The position numbers and the translations under genes were made by a program. This document shows, piece by piece, positions 22,405 through 33,126 of a stretch of 64,000 nucleotides of DNA. Below the pieces are notes generated by a model, which was not told the DNA's origin, did not search any database, and saw only the letters and a list, made by a program, of their open reading frames with translations. The stretch is from an uncultured Rikenellaceae bacterium (GTDB lineage Bacteria > Bacteroidota > Bacteroidia > Bacteroidales > Rikenellaceae). The stretch is from positions 18,856 through 82,855 of the forward strand of contig CALUZO010000016.1 in assembly GCA_944325305.1 (NCBI GenBank), given 5' to 3'. Numbering within the stretch: the stretch's first letter is position 1; each line of letters opens with the position of its first letter.

Positions 22405-23145
22405 ATGAATGAAATACTAAAAGTCGAGAACCTGCGCAGAGTATTCGACGTAGGCGCCGAAAAAGTACATGCCCTCAAGGGTATCTCGTTCACGGTGACC
22501 GAAAACGAATTCGTCAGCATCATGGGAACGAGCGGCAGCGGCAAATCGACACTGCTAAACATCCTCGGATGCCTCGACACACCAACTTCCGGAGAATACT
22601 ACATCGACGGCATATCGGTAAGCGACCGGACAAAAGACGAACTTTCTGTCATACGCAACCGGAAAATAGGATTCGTCTTCCAAGCCTACAATCTGCTGGC
22701 AAGAACCTCAGCATTGGAGAACGTGGAACTGCCTTTGCTATACAACAGTTCGATCTCGGCCTCGGAAAGACACGAACGCGCAAAACACGCACTCGAACTC
22801 GTAGGATTGCAGGAAAGAATGTATCACATGCCAAACCAGCTTTCAGGTGGCCAGCAGCAAAGGGTAGCAATAGCGCGGGCACTGGTCAACGACCCGGTAA
22901 TATTACTGGCCGACGAAGCTACCGGAAACCTCGACACACGTACATCATACGAAATAATGAGCCTTTTCCAGGAATTGAACGCCCAAGGCAAAACCATAGC
23001 TTTCGTTACGCATGAACCCGACATAGCCGTTTTCACGGGACGGACAATACAACTGCGCGACGGACACATAGTCAAAGACGAACCGGTCAAAACACAATCG
23101 GCACGGGCAGCACTCGAAGCTCTGCCTCCAAGCGATGATTATTAG
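22405..23145 (+). CDS. ABC transporter ATP-binding protein (MacB/LolD-type)
   Basis: Walker A GTSGSGKST, ABC signature [15 protein letters not shown] and Walker B ILLADE. Confidence 0.92.
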   Translation: MNEILKVENLRRVFDVGAEKVHALKGISFTVTENEFVSIMGTSGSGKSTLLNILGCLDTPTSGEYYIDGISVSDRTKDELSVIRNRKIGFVFQAYNLLARTSALENVELPLLYNSSISASERHERAKHALELVGLQERMYHMPNQLSGGQQQRVAIARALVNDPVILLADEATGNLDTRTSYEIMSLFQELNAQGKTIAFVTHEPDIAVFTGRTIQLRDGHIVKDEPVKTQSARAALEALPPSDDY

Positions 23146-23210
23146 CGGCAGAGGCAAACCCCTCCGAAATCAAAACTCCGGCCGGGACACAACGACAAAA
23201 AAGAAACATT

Positions 23211-24431
23211 ATGAATTTCTTCAATCTACTGAAAATAGCACTCCAGGCTATTAAACGCAACAAGACGCGCGCCCTGCTCACAATGCTCGGCATCATCATC
23301 GGCATCGGCGCAGTCATAACGATGGTCAGCCTGGGACAGAGTTCGAAACAAAGCATCAACGACCAGATCTCTGACATGGGTACAAATCTCATTACGGTGC
23401 GCAGAGCATGGAACAGACGCGCCGGAGTGAACGTGGGCACAACAAACGTGCAAACCCTCAAGATCGCCGACGTTAATGCCATTGCCGATCGTGCCAAATA
23501 CATTGCATCAGTATCACCAGTAGTCAGCTCAAGCGGACAACTCATATACGGGTCGAACAACTGGCCCGGAAGCATCCAGGGAGGAAACGAACAATTCCTT
23601 TCGATAAGAAAGTTCGCCATAGCCTCTGGCACCAATTTTACGGCCGACGACGTACGCAGTTCGGCAAAGGTGTGCATCATAGGAAAAACCGTCCAGGACA
23701 ACCTGTTCCCAGATGGAGAAAGCCCTCTCGGGAAGGTTATAAGGTTTGGTAGAATTCCACTTAAGGTCATAGGTGTTCTTGAGAGCAAGGGCAACAACCA
23801 GATGGGACAGGACCAGGACGATATCGTAATCGCTCCTTACACCACAGTACAAAAACGCATCCTGGCGGTTACATATCTCCAACAGATAGTGGCTTCGGCT
23901 GTGGGCGAAAACTACGTGGACCTTGCAGCAATGGAGATAGAAAACATACTGCGCGGAACGCACAGACTTACGGCAGACAAAGACAACGACTTCGAGGTAT
24001 TCACCCAACAGGAAATGCTCGAGACCATGACCTCCGTCATCGGGTTTCTTACCATCCTGTTGGCCTTCATAGCCGCCATTTCACTACTCGTCGGCGGTAT
24101 CGGAATCATGAATATCATGCTGGTAACGGTAACCGAACGCACCAAGGAGATAGGACTGAGAATGTCTATCGGAGCAACCAAGAAAGACATTATCCAGCAG
24201 TTCCTCTACGAAAGTATAATTCTGTGCCTTATCGGCGGTCTGGTCGGAATATTGTTCGGCCTCGGAGCATCATACGTAATATCATCGGCACTGAACTGGC
24301 CGTTCATCATAAGCCCAATGGCAGTGGGCATCTCGTTCGTGGTGTGCGCAGCCACAGGAATATTCTTCGGACTCTACCCAGCCATGAAAGCAGCATCGCT
24401 CGACCCCATACAAGCATTACGATACGAATAA
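23211..24431 (+). CDS. ABC transporter permease, MacB-like periplasmic core + FtsX domain
   Basis: An N-terminal TM is followed by a large periplasmic domain. The C-terminal FtsX 3-TM bundle carries the conserved ERTKEIGLRMSIGA motif. Confidence 0.9.
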   Translation: MNFFNLLKIALQAIKRNKTRALLTMLGIIIGIGAVITMVSLGQSSKQSINDQISDMGTNLITVRRAWNRRAGVNVGTTNVQTLKIADVNAIADRAKYIASVSPVVSSSGQLIYGSNNWPGSIQGGNEQFLSIRKFAIASGTNFTADDVRSSAKVCIIGKTVQDNLFPDGESPLGKVIRFGRIPLKVIGVLESKGNNQMGQDQDDIVIAPYTTVQKRILAVTYLQQIVASAVGENYVDLAAMEIENILRGTHRLTADKDNDFEVFTQQEMLETMTSVIGFLTILLAFIAAISLLVGGIGIMNIMLVTVTERTKEIGLRMSIGATKKDIIQQFLYESIILCLIGGLVGILFGLGASYVISSALNWPFIISPMAVGISFVVCAATGIFFGLYPAMKAASLDPIQALRYE

Positions 24432-24450
24432 ATATCGGTTAAGAAGTGTG

Positions 24451-24488
24451 CAAAGCGTCCCCTTTCGGGGGCGCTTTGTTGTTTTTTT
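24451..24488 (+). terminator. Rho-independent terminator of the efflux operon
   Basis: 12-bp stem CAAAGCGTCCCC / GGGGGCGCTTTG (one G-U pair), a TTTC loop, then a T-rich tract. Confidence 0.8.
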
Positions 24489-24539
24489 CAGAGAATAAAC
24501 ACTAATTTAGCGGAAGCTTAATCAAACACGACAGACCAT

Positions 24540-25640
24540 ATGAAAAAAGTATTTCTTACACTTACGTTAGCCATAATATGTACGACCGGGTACTCGGCCG
24601 AGATAGACAAAAGACCTTCTGCCAACCAAAAGGTACACAATGTGATCTTCATGATCGGCGACGGAATGGGACTGGCTCATGTGGCGGCAACCACAATATT
24701 CAACAATTACGAACCGCTAACTATCGAACGCGCCGATTACGTTGGACTGCAAAAGACATATTCGGCCAACAACAGAGTCACAGACTCGGCTGCCTCCGGC
24801 ACCGCATTGGCTACCGGCGTTAAAACAAACAACGGCGTAATCGGCCTCGATCCAGAAGGCAACCAGGTGGAAAGCATCCTCGAAAAAGCATCCCGAAACG
24901 GATTATCGACCGGATTGATAGCCACATATTCCATTACGCACGCCACTCCGGCAGCATTCATAGGTCATGTGAAAGACCGTGACATGCAGGAAGACATAGC
25001 CGAATATTTCCTCAAGACAGACATAAACGTATTCCTCGGCGGGGGCCTTAAATATTTCGCCGACCGCAAAGACAAACGAGACCTTACGCAGGAACTCGAA
25101 GCCAAAGGCTACTCCATGATATACGATGTCAAGGACATTCCAACGGCAGACGCTCAAAAACTGGGTGGACTGTTCGCTCGAGATGCCATGCCAAAAATGC
25201 GTGACGGCCGGGGCGACTATCTCCCGACAGCCACCGCAAAGGCTCTCGAAATATTGGGAAAAAACAAAAAAGGATTCTTCATAATGATCGAAGGCTCGAT
25301 GATCGACAGCGGAGGTCACGATAACGACATCAAACTGGTGGTGGACGAAATGGAAGATTTCGACAAAGCCGTGAAAGTAGCATTCGATTTCGCCGACAAC
25401 AATCCGGGAACTCTCGTGGTCGTGACTGCCGACCACGAAACTGGCGGACTTACACTACCCTCGGGAAAACCCGACTTCTCGCTTCCCGACCAAGGTGTAA
25501 AATACAAGTTCAGCACCGGCGGCCACACAGGTACATTCATACCGATATATGCATACGGTACCGGTGCGCACAACTTCAGCGGCGTGATGGAAAACACGGA
25601 TATACCCAAAATAATGGCACGCCTGCTACGTGTGGAATAA
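24540..25640 (+). CDS. Alkaline phosphatase (PhoA family)
   Basis: Signal peptide and active-site Ser motif DSAASGTALATG. Metal-ligand regions are MIGDGMG and DHETGG/GGHTG. Confidence 0.9.
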   Translation: MKKVFLTLTLAIICTTGYSAEIDKRPSANQKVHNVIFMIGDGMGLAHVAATTIFNNYEPLTIERADYVGLQKTYSANNRVTDSAASGTALATGVKTNNGVIGLDPEGNQVESILEKASRNGLSTGLIATYSITHATPAAFIGHVKDRDMQEDIAEYFLKTDINVFLGGGLKYFADRKDKRDLTQELEAKGYSMIYDVKDIPTADAQKLGGLFARDAMPKMRDGRGDYLPTATAKALEILGKNKKGFFIMIEGSMIDSGGHDNDIKLVVDEMEDFDKAVKVAFDFADNNPGTLVVVTADHETGGLTLPSGKPDFSLPDQGVKYKFSTGGHTGTFIPIYAYGTGAHNFSGVMENTDIPKIMARLLRVE

Positions 25641-25748
25641 ACACGCGGAAACATCCTGCCAATGCACATCAAAGGATGGTTGCAAAACGACAAAATATGC
25701 AGTCCGACAACCTTCCGGCAAAACGAAAACCGAAAATATTTCCATACG

Positions 25749-25778
25749 ACCCCGTACCGATGGTACGGGGTTTTCTTT
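25749..25778 (+). terminator. Rho-independent terminator after the phosphatase gene
   Basis: Stem ACCCCGTACC / GGTACGGGGT with a 3-nt loop, followed by TTTTCTTTT. Confidence 0.75.
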
Positions 25779-25903
25779 TACGGGACAAAGCATTGAACAC
25801 ATAATAAAATCACTGAACTAACGTATTAAAATAGAGTTATTTTGTTAATAACTTTCCCCGGCATGATGGGTGATTGCCAGCAAAATTTAATTACTTTGCA
25901 TGT

Positions 25904-27172
25904 ATGAACGATGCTGTTTTGGAGAAGCTCAAGATACTGGCCGAATCGGCCAAATACGACGTGTCGTGCGCGTCGAGCGGAACATCACGCAAAAACAGAC
26001 CGGGATCTGTCGGAAGCGCTCACGGCTGGGGAATATGCCACAGTTTCACCGAAGACGGACGTTGCATCTCGCTGCTCAAAATAATGCTTACGAACTTCTG
26101 CATATACGACTGCGCATACTGCATAAACCGACGAAGCAACGACATTCCAAGAGCAACATTCACTGTCGACGAACTGGTAACACTTACCATAGAATTCTAC
26201 CGGCGCAACTATATCGAAGGGCTCTTCCTGAGCTCGGGAGTAATCAACAATCCGGATTACACCATGGAACGCATGGTGCGCGTGGTGAAAGACCTGCGTA
26301 CCATACACCGATACAACGGATATATCCACATGAAAAGCATCCCGGGCGCAAGTCGGGAGCTTGTCGCCGAAGCCGGCAGATATGCGGACAGACTGAGCGT
26401 CAACATCGAAATACCATCGGAACACAACCTGCGGATAATCGCCCCCGACAAAAGTTACGAGAGCATTTACAAACCTATGAGTTACATCTCGCAGGGAACG
26501 CTCGCGAGCGCCGAAGAACGCAAGAAATTCAGGCACGCGCCCCGATTCGCTCCAGCCGGGCAAAGCACTCAAATGATCGTGGGTGCAACAGACGAAAGCG
26601 ACAAGGATATCCTCTCGCTCTCTTCTGCTCTATACATGCGACCAAGCATGAAAAGAGTCTATTATTCCGGTTTCGTACCTGTCAACATGTACGACTCCAG
26701 GCTCCCTGCACTCAAACAGCCTCCATTGGTGCGTGAAAACCGACTCTACCAATCAGACTGGCTCATGCGATTCTACGGCTTCCGCGCTGACGAAATAGTC
26801 GACGATGCACACCCCAACCTCGACCTCGAAATCGACCCGAAACTGTCATGGGCACTCAGACATCCCGAAATTTTCCCGGTGGATGTGAACAGAGCCGACT
26901 ACGAAATGATACTGCGTGTCCCGGGCATCGGTGTAAAATCGGCAAAACTGATCGTCTCGTCACGCCGATTCGGACGCATTACATCGCTGACTCTCAAAAA
27001 AATGGGTGTCGTAATGAAAAAAGCCCAGTACTTCATAACGTGCGGCGAACTGGGTATGCACTACGGAGTGAACGAAATGCACCCGGATATCATTCGCAAA
27101 GTGCTTACACAGAAAAAAAACTCGCGCAAGAACATTGACGATAACCAGATGTCGCTGAAATTCCCGGAATAG
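25904..27172 (+). CDS. Putative DNA modification/repair radical SAM protein (TIGR03916-like)
   Basis: CxxxCxxC cluster motif (CIYDCAYC) and a C-terminal helix-hairpin-helix-like region (ILRVPGIGVKSAKLIV). The track start at 25874 is TTG. The first ATG at 25904 gives MNDAVLEKLKIL, which is typical of the family. Confidence 0.8.
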   Translation: MNDAVLEKLKILAESAKYDVSCASSGTSRKNRPGSVGSAHGWGICHSFTEDGRCISLLKIMLTNFCIYDCAYCINRRSNDIPRATFTVDELVTLTIEFYRRNYIEGLFLSSGVINNPDYTMERMVRVVKDLRTIHRYNGYIHMKSIPGASRELVAEAGRYADRLSVNIEIPSEHNLRIIAPDKSYESIYKPMSYISQGTLASAEERKKFRHAPRFAPAGQSTQMIVGATDESDKDILSLSSALYMRPSMKRVYYSGFVPVNMYDSRLPALKQPPLVRENRLYQSDWLMRFYGFRADEIVDDAHPNLDLEIDPKLSWALRHPEIFPVDVNRADYEMILRVPGIGVKSAKLIVSSRRFGRITSLTLKKMGVVMKKAQYFITCGELGMHYGVNEMHPDIIRKVLTQKKNSRKNIDDNQMSLKFPE

Positions 27173-27507
27173 GCAGCAATGTTTGTATTGCAAGCAGCAG
27201 GCCGAGCGTGATTCCATACCTGTTCAATTTGAATAAGCAACCGGAATCTACCCAGATTCCGCACAAATACGACAGCCCGCCATACATGCACAGAACACAA
27301 ATTACCACGTTCTACCGGCGCAGGTCATGGCACAGAACAAACGAAAAGTCTTGACAATAATGTACATTGACAGCAATGAACAGCCAGATCAATGAATATG
27401 ACACTGGATACGCTGAATACTGAACGCTGAAACATACCAAGACAACAACAACCAACTGACAGAAACGACAGTAAATCGGACAAATTCCCGTTTTCTTATC
27501 CCCAAGC

Positions 27508-28272
27508 ATGGCTACTACTTTCAGATATGATAAAACCTTCGAAGGACTGCTTAACGTTGTCTTCGACGCATATGTACGCAAGGAGTTCCCCGAAGCCCTG
27601 ATCGGAGAGGAAGAACCCGAACCAATGTTCTCACAAAGAATGCATAAGGTCTATACCGACACGGGGAAAGCCGAACGGGTATGGAAATCGTTCCGAAAAA
27701 AGACCGACAGACGTACACGCAACATGATAATGCACGTATGGCTGTCGGAAGAGCCGCACAGCGACGAACTGATTTTCCGCTACATTTGTAAAACATTCAA
27801 CTCGCAGCACCCCATCGCAGGCAATTTCACAGACCCGGACATACTCGAAATCAAACAGATAGCAATGAAAGTCGCGAGGGAAGGCGAACATGTGCGACAA
27901 TTCATCCGGTTTCAGAAAGGGGGCGACGGCACATTCTTCGCTCCGACAGCCCCAAAGTACAACGTGCTGCCGCTCGCCATAAACTACCTCAAGGAGCGTT
28001 TCGCCGACCAAAAATGGCTCGTATACGACACAAAACGCCATTACGGCTACTACTACGACCTGCAGAAAGTCCAGGAAGTGACACTGGAAGATGACAGTCA
28101 CCTGATCAGCGGAAAACTCGACGAAACCCTTCTGTCGCAGGACGAAAAACTTTTTCAGGAAATGTGGCGCAGCTATTTCAAGGCAATTACAATCAAAGAG
28201 CGCATAAACCCAAAACTACAACGACAGAATATGCCGCGTCGATTCTGGAAATACCTGACGGAAAAACAATAA
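27508..28272 (+). CDS. TIGR03915 family putative DNA metabolism protein (DUF4130), partner of the radical SAM protein
   Basis: The N-terminus YDKTFEGLLNVVFDAY and the C-terminal QRQNMPRRFWKYLTE are characteristic. Conserved adjacency to TIGR03916. Confidence 0.75.
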   Translation: MATTFRYDKTFEGLLNVVFDAYVRKEFPEALIGEEEPEPMFSQRMHKVYTDTGKAERVWKSFRKKTDRRTRNMIMHVWLSEEPHSDELIFRYICKTFNSQHPIAGNFTDPDILEIKQIAMKVAREGEHVRQFIRFQKGGDGTFFAPTAPKYNVLPLAINYLKERFADQKWLVYDTKRHYGYYYDLQKVQEVTLEDDSHLISGKLDETLLSQDEKLFQEMWRSYFKAITIKERINPKLQRQNMPRRFWKYLTEKQ

Positions 28273-28661
28273 CGGAATATGGAATCGGAAAGGAAAATAG
28301 CCTCCGGAAAATTACCTCATCGACGATAATGAGACAACCGTAAGATAAATGCAGTATCTGCATGTGCAACCGATTCTCGCTGGAAATGACATGAGACAAA
28401 CCAAAATCCCGCAAAATAACCACGCAGAATACGCAGAATATCCGAATACGTAAAAACAAATCAAAGGTACGCGTGCAGAACTTACCTCTATCGGAAAAAC
28501 AAAAACAGAACCCGAATCAATGTCACAACCACCATCCCTCCATAATACCAACCGTACATCTCGACACATAGACCAATCCAATAAATATTAAATATATATA
28601 TGCGTTGGATAAAATCGGGATAAATAATTAACTTTGCTGTACCATTCTAAATAGCGATGCT

Positions 28662-29111
28662 ATGAGTCGAAAATTACTTATAACCGGAGCCATTCTGAAC
28701 CTTATTATAGGCGCCGGACACATCGCAACCCTTTTCAAACTTGATCTGGCGTTCAAATTTACAGGTATCGAAGGTCTCATCGAAAAATACGCCGGCGACC
28801 ACCCGGGACTCGATTACACCATAACGACCGTGGTGGCAATATTATTCATAATTATGGGCCTCTACGGACTTTCAGGTGCACGAATACTGAAGAAATTCCC
28901 CCTGTTGAAACCAGCCATAATCGCCATAACCATCGTATACCTCGTACGCGGCGTCTTGGGACTCGCCTATGAAATACTCAGCCAGGAACAGTGGTTGAGC
29001 GGTATCATTCTATCGTCGGTGGCACTTTTCATAGGAATATGCTATTTTGCAGGCGGCATCTGGAGATGGCATGGAAAAGGACGTCCAAAATATTTTAACG
29101 CCAAAGAATAA
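28662..29111 (+). CDS. Small integral membrane protein (about 4 TM), unknown function
   Basis: 149 aa with four hydrophobic segments. No recognisable motif. Confidence 0.5.
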   Translation: MSRKLLITGAILNLIIGAGHIATLFKLDLAFKFTGIEGLIEKYAGDHPGLDYTITTVVAILFIIMGLYGLSGARILKKFPLLKPAIIAITIVYLVRGVLGLAYEILSQEQWLSGIILSSVALFIGICYFAGGIWRWHGKGRPKYFNAKE

Positions 29112-29136
29112 CAGAATTTCTCTTAAAACATATATA

Positions 29137-30537
29137 ATGGAATACAGGATCGAAAAAGACACAATGGGACAAGTGGAAGTCCCGGCTGACGCATACTACG
29201 GTGCGCAAACCCAAAGAAGCGTAGGCAACTTCAAAATAGCCCGCGATATCAATAAAATACCTATCGAGGTTATCAGGGCATTCGCATACCTGAAAAAGGC
29301 AGCGGCAATTACAAACCTCGAAGCAGGCGTATTGAGCAAAGAAAAATGCGACCTCATTGTACAGGTATGCGACGAAATACTCGCCGGCAAACTCGATGAT
29401 CAGTTCCCGCTCGTAGTGTGGCAGACAGGTAGCGGAACCCAGTCGAATATGAACGTAAACGAAGTCATAGCTTACCGAGGACATGTACTCCACGGAGGCA
29501 AACTAACCGATAAGGAAAAATTCCTCGCCCCGAACGACGACGTCAACAAATCTCAGTCCTCGAACGACACGTTCCCAACAGCCATGCACATAGCTGCATA
29601 CAAAATGCTGATGGAAGTAACCATCCCGGGAATCAAACAACTGCGCGACACGCTCGAAAAAAAGAGCAAAGAGTATATGCACATCGTCAAAATCGGACGT
29701 ACCCACTTCATGGATGCCACTCCGCTTACCTTAGGTCAGGAATTCTCGGGATACGTTGCGCAACTCGATCATGCACTCAAAGCGATAAACAACTCGCTGG
29801 CCCACCTGTCGGAACTTGCTCTCGGGGGAACCGCAGTAGGAACAGGTATCAACACTCCTGAAAACTATGCCGAAAACGTGGCAAAACAGATAGCAAAACT
29901 CACAGGACTTCCGTTCGTTACGGCTCCCAACAAATTCGAATCGCTCGCAAGCCACGACGCCATCGTGGAAGCACACGGAGCACTCAAAACTACAGCCGTG
30001 AGCCTCATGAAAATAGGCAACGACATCCGTATGCTAGGCTCCGGCCCTCGCGCAGGCATCGGCGAACTGCAACTGCCGGAAAACGAACCAGGGTCTTCAA
30101 TAATGCCAGGAAAGGTAAACCCTACACAGTGCGAAGCTCTCACCATGATAGCCGCACAGGTCATGGGTAACGATGTCGCCATATCGGTAGGCGGCTCAAT
30201 GGGCCAGTTCGAACTGAACGTGTTCAAACCAATGATAATATACAACTTCCTGCACTCGGCACGTCTTATAGGCGAAGGATGCATGAGTTTCGAAAAAAAT
30301 TGCGCTCGCGGTCTATACCCAATCGAGATAAACATCAAGAAACACGTCGACAATTCGTTGATGCTCGTTACGGCTCTCAACCCAAAAATAGGCTATTACA
30401 AAGCAGCCGAAATCGCACAAAAAGCGCACAGAGAACACACCACACTAAAGGAAGCAGCCGTCGCAACCGGATACCTCACGGCCGAAGAATTCGACGAATG
30501 GGTAGTACCGGCAAAAATGGTCGGCAAACTGAAATAA
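29137..30537 (+). CDS. fumC: Class II fumarate hydratase
   Basis: The start [28 protein letters not shown] is typical, and the [11 protein letters not shown] signature is present. The track ORF starts upstream at 29047 and overlaps the previous gene. The ATG at 29137 fits the family N-terminus. Confidence 0.93.
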   Translation: MEYRIEKDTMGQVEVPADAYYGAQTQRSVGNFKIARDINKIPIEVIRAFAYLKKAAAITNLEAGVLSKEKCDLIVQVCDEILAGKLDDQFPLVVWQTGSGTQSNMNVNEVIAYRGHVLHGGKLTDKEKFLAPNDDVNKSQSSNDTFPTAMHIAAYKMLMEVTIPGIKQLRDTLEKKSKEYMHIVKIGRTHFMDATPLTLGQEFSGYVAQLDHALKAINNSLAHLSELALGGTAVGTGINTPENYAENVAKQIAKLTGLPFVTAPNKFESLASHDAIVEAHGALKTTAVSLMKIGNDIRMLGSGPRAGIGELQLPENEPGSSIMPGKVNPTQCEALTMIAAQVMGNDVAISVGGSMGQFELNVFKPMIIYNFLHSARLIGEGCMSFEKNCARGLYPIEINIKKHVDNSLMLVTALNPKIGYYKAAEIAQKAHREHTTLKEAAVATGYLTAEEFDEWVVPAKMVGKLK

Positions 30538-30561
30538 CACGTCAGTTGCCAAACAGACCTT

Positions 30562-31409
30562 ATGACAAAAGGTATCAGTATAGATTTAAAGTCTTGTGCC
30601 GGAGCAAAAACTCCGGCACAAGACTTTATTACACAACAGAAACGATATCCCAGGGTGTGCCAGGCATTCGAGGAAAAAAAGGAAAAAATAGCCGGCATTT
30701 TAGCAGGGACAGGAGTCATGATGTCTGATATCAACATAATGTTAATCGCATACAAAGCTGAAAAAATCCTCGAAGTTTGGGCAAAGCCAGCATCAAGCAT
30801 CAAGACTGTCTCTAATGCCGAAAAACAAACACTTCGGCCAAAAACGGCAAGGTTACAACGCCTGAAACCGAAAACACCGGTACGGAAATAATCAACTCCG
30901 ATTGTAAATACCGAAAAATTATCGAATACAGGATATGCAGGAGTTCGTGGAAACTCGGACCAAAACGTAAAAAAGGCGACGGTCAGGTTCCTGAGGGATT
31001 TTACCATATCGACCGTTTCAATCCGAAAAGTTCCTATCTCCTGTCGCTCGGAATAAACTACCCAAACACAGCCGACATAATCAGATGCGGCACAGACAAC
31101 CCCGATGGCGACATATTCATTCACGGATCGCATGAGACAACCGGATGCCTGCCAATGACAGACGATAAAATCAAGGAGATATATATACTCGCCGTTGCAG
31201 CCACGAACAACGGGCAAAGCAAAATCCCTGTCTATATATTTCCGCTCCGAATGAATGACGCGAATATGAGAAAATATTACGTCACAAATTGTGACGATCC
31301 GGAGCTATTACAATTCTGGAATTCATTAAAAGAAGGATACGAATCATTCGTAAACGAAAAAACGGAACTCCATTTCAGGATAACGGATAAGGGAGAATAC
31401 TCTTTTTAG
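30562..31409 (+). pseudogene. L,D-transpeptidase (YkuD/YafK-like) pseudogene: frameshifted and lacking an N-terminal signal peptide
   Basis: Family-like sequence is split over two frames. Frame 1 reads YPRVCQAFEEKK...IMLIAYKAEKILEVWAK. Frame 0, open from 30816, reads LGPKRKKGDGQVPEGFYHIDRFNPKSSYLLSLGINYPN...IFIHGSHETTGCLPM, with the catalytic HG(x6)C motif at 31122-31148. The frame-1 ORF start overlaps the fumC terminator hairpin. Confidence 0.6.
30588..30627 (+). terminator. Intrinsic terminator of fumC
   Basis: Perfect 17-bp stem AAAGTCTTGTGCCGGAG / CTCCGGCACAAGACTTT with a CAAAAA loop, 50 nt after the fumC stop. Confidence 0.8.
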
Positions 31410-31673
31410 ACCCCGCTTAATGCCTTAAATACAAGCTGAAACCACTTTCTCAAGAACTCCAGCATCATAATGGATTGCCACAACCACTCAGAACAAATCT
31501 TCACAAAAAAATCCGAGCGTCTAACCATTATATTACCTGTAGAACGACTCGACGTCCATCCTTTCTATCATCCATACAATGACAAAGACGACAGTGCTGC
31601 ACATCAATAATCACAACAAACATTGCCCGACAACCATTCCCACAGCCCCCGAATAAACATACAGGGTGCATAA

Positions 31674-32846
31674 CTATACTTCGACTCCGTCAAATTGCCC
31701 CTTGACATTATCATCCTCGCCCATGGCAGATTCCTTGTCGGTCTTATTGCCGGCCTTTCTAACTGAAATCTCTTTCAAGGTTTTTTTCTTCCTCGACCCT
31801 GTCACACAATTTACATTAGGATCATTAGGATCCAAAAGCCCATATTCGACAAAATATATCTTTATCAGCAACAGAAAACCAGATATTAACAAAGGACCAA
31901 AGATAATCCCCCAAAAACCAAATAACGGAATACCGACAAACACCCCGAGTATCACTATAAGAGGATGAGTATGAGCATACTTGCCAAGCAATACGATGCG
32001 AATAACGTTATCCGTATTGGAAATTATGAGCAATCCATATCCCAATATTAGAAAACCAACTCCGAAATGGCCGATAGCCGCAAAATATATGGCCATGGGA
32101 ACAAACACAAGACCTGTGCCTACCAACGGCACAAGTCCGCAAATAGCCGTCATAAAACCCCAAAACAGGTAACTGTCCAACCCAATCCAATAGTAAAGCA
32201 GACTGGAAACTATCGTCTGCCCTATCATGATCACAGGAATACCTACAGCATTACTGTAAATCATATTCTTGACTTCGCGTTTAAGCATCGACAAGCTGAC
32301 ACCGCTGAAAGGAGCATACTGAAATATTCGGCATTCCATTTTGCGGCCAGAGGAGAGCATGAAATAAAGTACCACCAACATCATCGCCACATTGAATACA
32401 AAGTTGTATGTGGCATTGAAAACAGAACTCAGAATCCTCGAGATAAGTCCCTCCGAACGAGTAATGGTTTCGACACCAATCAGTTGGAAACCGACAAAAT
32501 CATTTATCTCTCCGACAGATTCGGTGATCTCGCCAACTATCTGGTTTGGATTGATATTAGGAATCTGCGTTGCAATGACCATGCCTGTCCACCAGCCAAA
32601 ACCGGTCAATATTATCAAGCAGATAATCGTAATGAACAACGCAGCCACCCACCTCTTCCAATGATACTTCTCGACAAAGCGAAACTGAAGCCCCCTAAAT
32701 ACCACATAAAGCGTTATGGCTCCGAGCATTGAACCTATGAAAAACGAAAGTTGATCCAACAGCACCAAACCGAGAGCAAGAAGAACCAAAATGAACAACA
32801 CCTGCCGAAAAAACGGATTGTAATTCGTCTCTTTGGAAACATTCAT
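31674..32846 (-). CDS. AI-2E family transporter (PerM/UPF0118)
   Basis: Polytopic 390-aa protein. The family-typical C-terminal region is GVFVGIPLFGFWGIIFGPLL. Confidence 0.8.
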   Translation of the reverse strand: MNVSKETNYNPFFRQVLFILVLLALGLVLLDQLSFFIGSMLGAITLYVVFRGLQFRFVEKYHWKRWVAALFITIICLIILTGFGWWTGMVIATQIPNINPNQIVGEITESVGEINDFVGFQLIGVETITRSEGLISRILSSVFNATYNFVFNVAMMLVVLYFMLSSGRKMECRIFQYAPFSGVSLSMLKREVKNMIYSNAVGIPVIMIGQTIVSSLLYYWIGLDSYLFWGFMTAICGLVPLVGTGLVFVPMAIYFAAIGHFGVGFLILGYGLLIISNTDNVIRIVLLGKYAHTHPLIVILGVFVGIPLFGFWGIIFGPLLISGFLLLIKIYFVEYGLLDPNDPNVNCVTGSRKKKTLKEISVRKAGNKTDKESAMGEDDNVKGQFDGVEV

Positions 32847-33126
32847 ATCTTAAAGTTTGCCAAATAATTAATATACGAGTGTCTGAATTTAGCAATATTT
32901 CGAATACAAATTTGCATCCAATCTAAAACATGCAATAAAAAAACATGTGATTATCCTCCGACATGTCATAAACCCGCAAAATATCAGACAGAACACGTGT
33001 CGTCGGTCAAGATAACCCCCATACTAAATAAACCACAATACAACGACATAAAACATGCTCGTGTCGACTTATATCGAAAATACAGGCAATATCATGAAAA
33101 AAAGTGTCAAAAACAGGTGATATGTG

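Noticed and set aside
23087-23797. 236-aa minus-strand ORF across the ABC ATPase/permease junction.
   Set aside because: It is antisense to two well-supported ABC genes, and its composition is non-protein-like.
29047-29136. Upstream extension of the fumC ORF (start at 29047).
   Set aside because: The extension overlaps the preceding membrane-protein gene and adds 30 residues unrelated to the family. The ATG at 29137 gives the canonical fumarase N-terminus.
30396-31217. 273-aa minus-strand ORF.
   Set aside because: It overlaps the fumC 3' end, the fumC terminator and the L,D-transpeptidase remnant, which has recognisable catalytic motifs on the plus strand. It has no motif of its own.
32067-32732. 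221-aa plus-strand ORF.
   Set aside because: It is antisense to the AI-2E transporter gene and has a basic, low-complexity translation.
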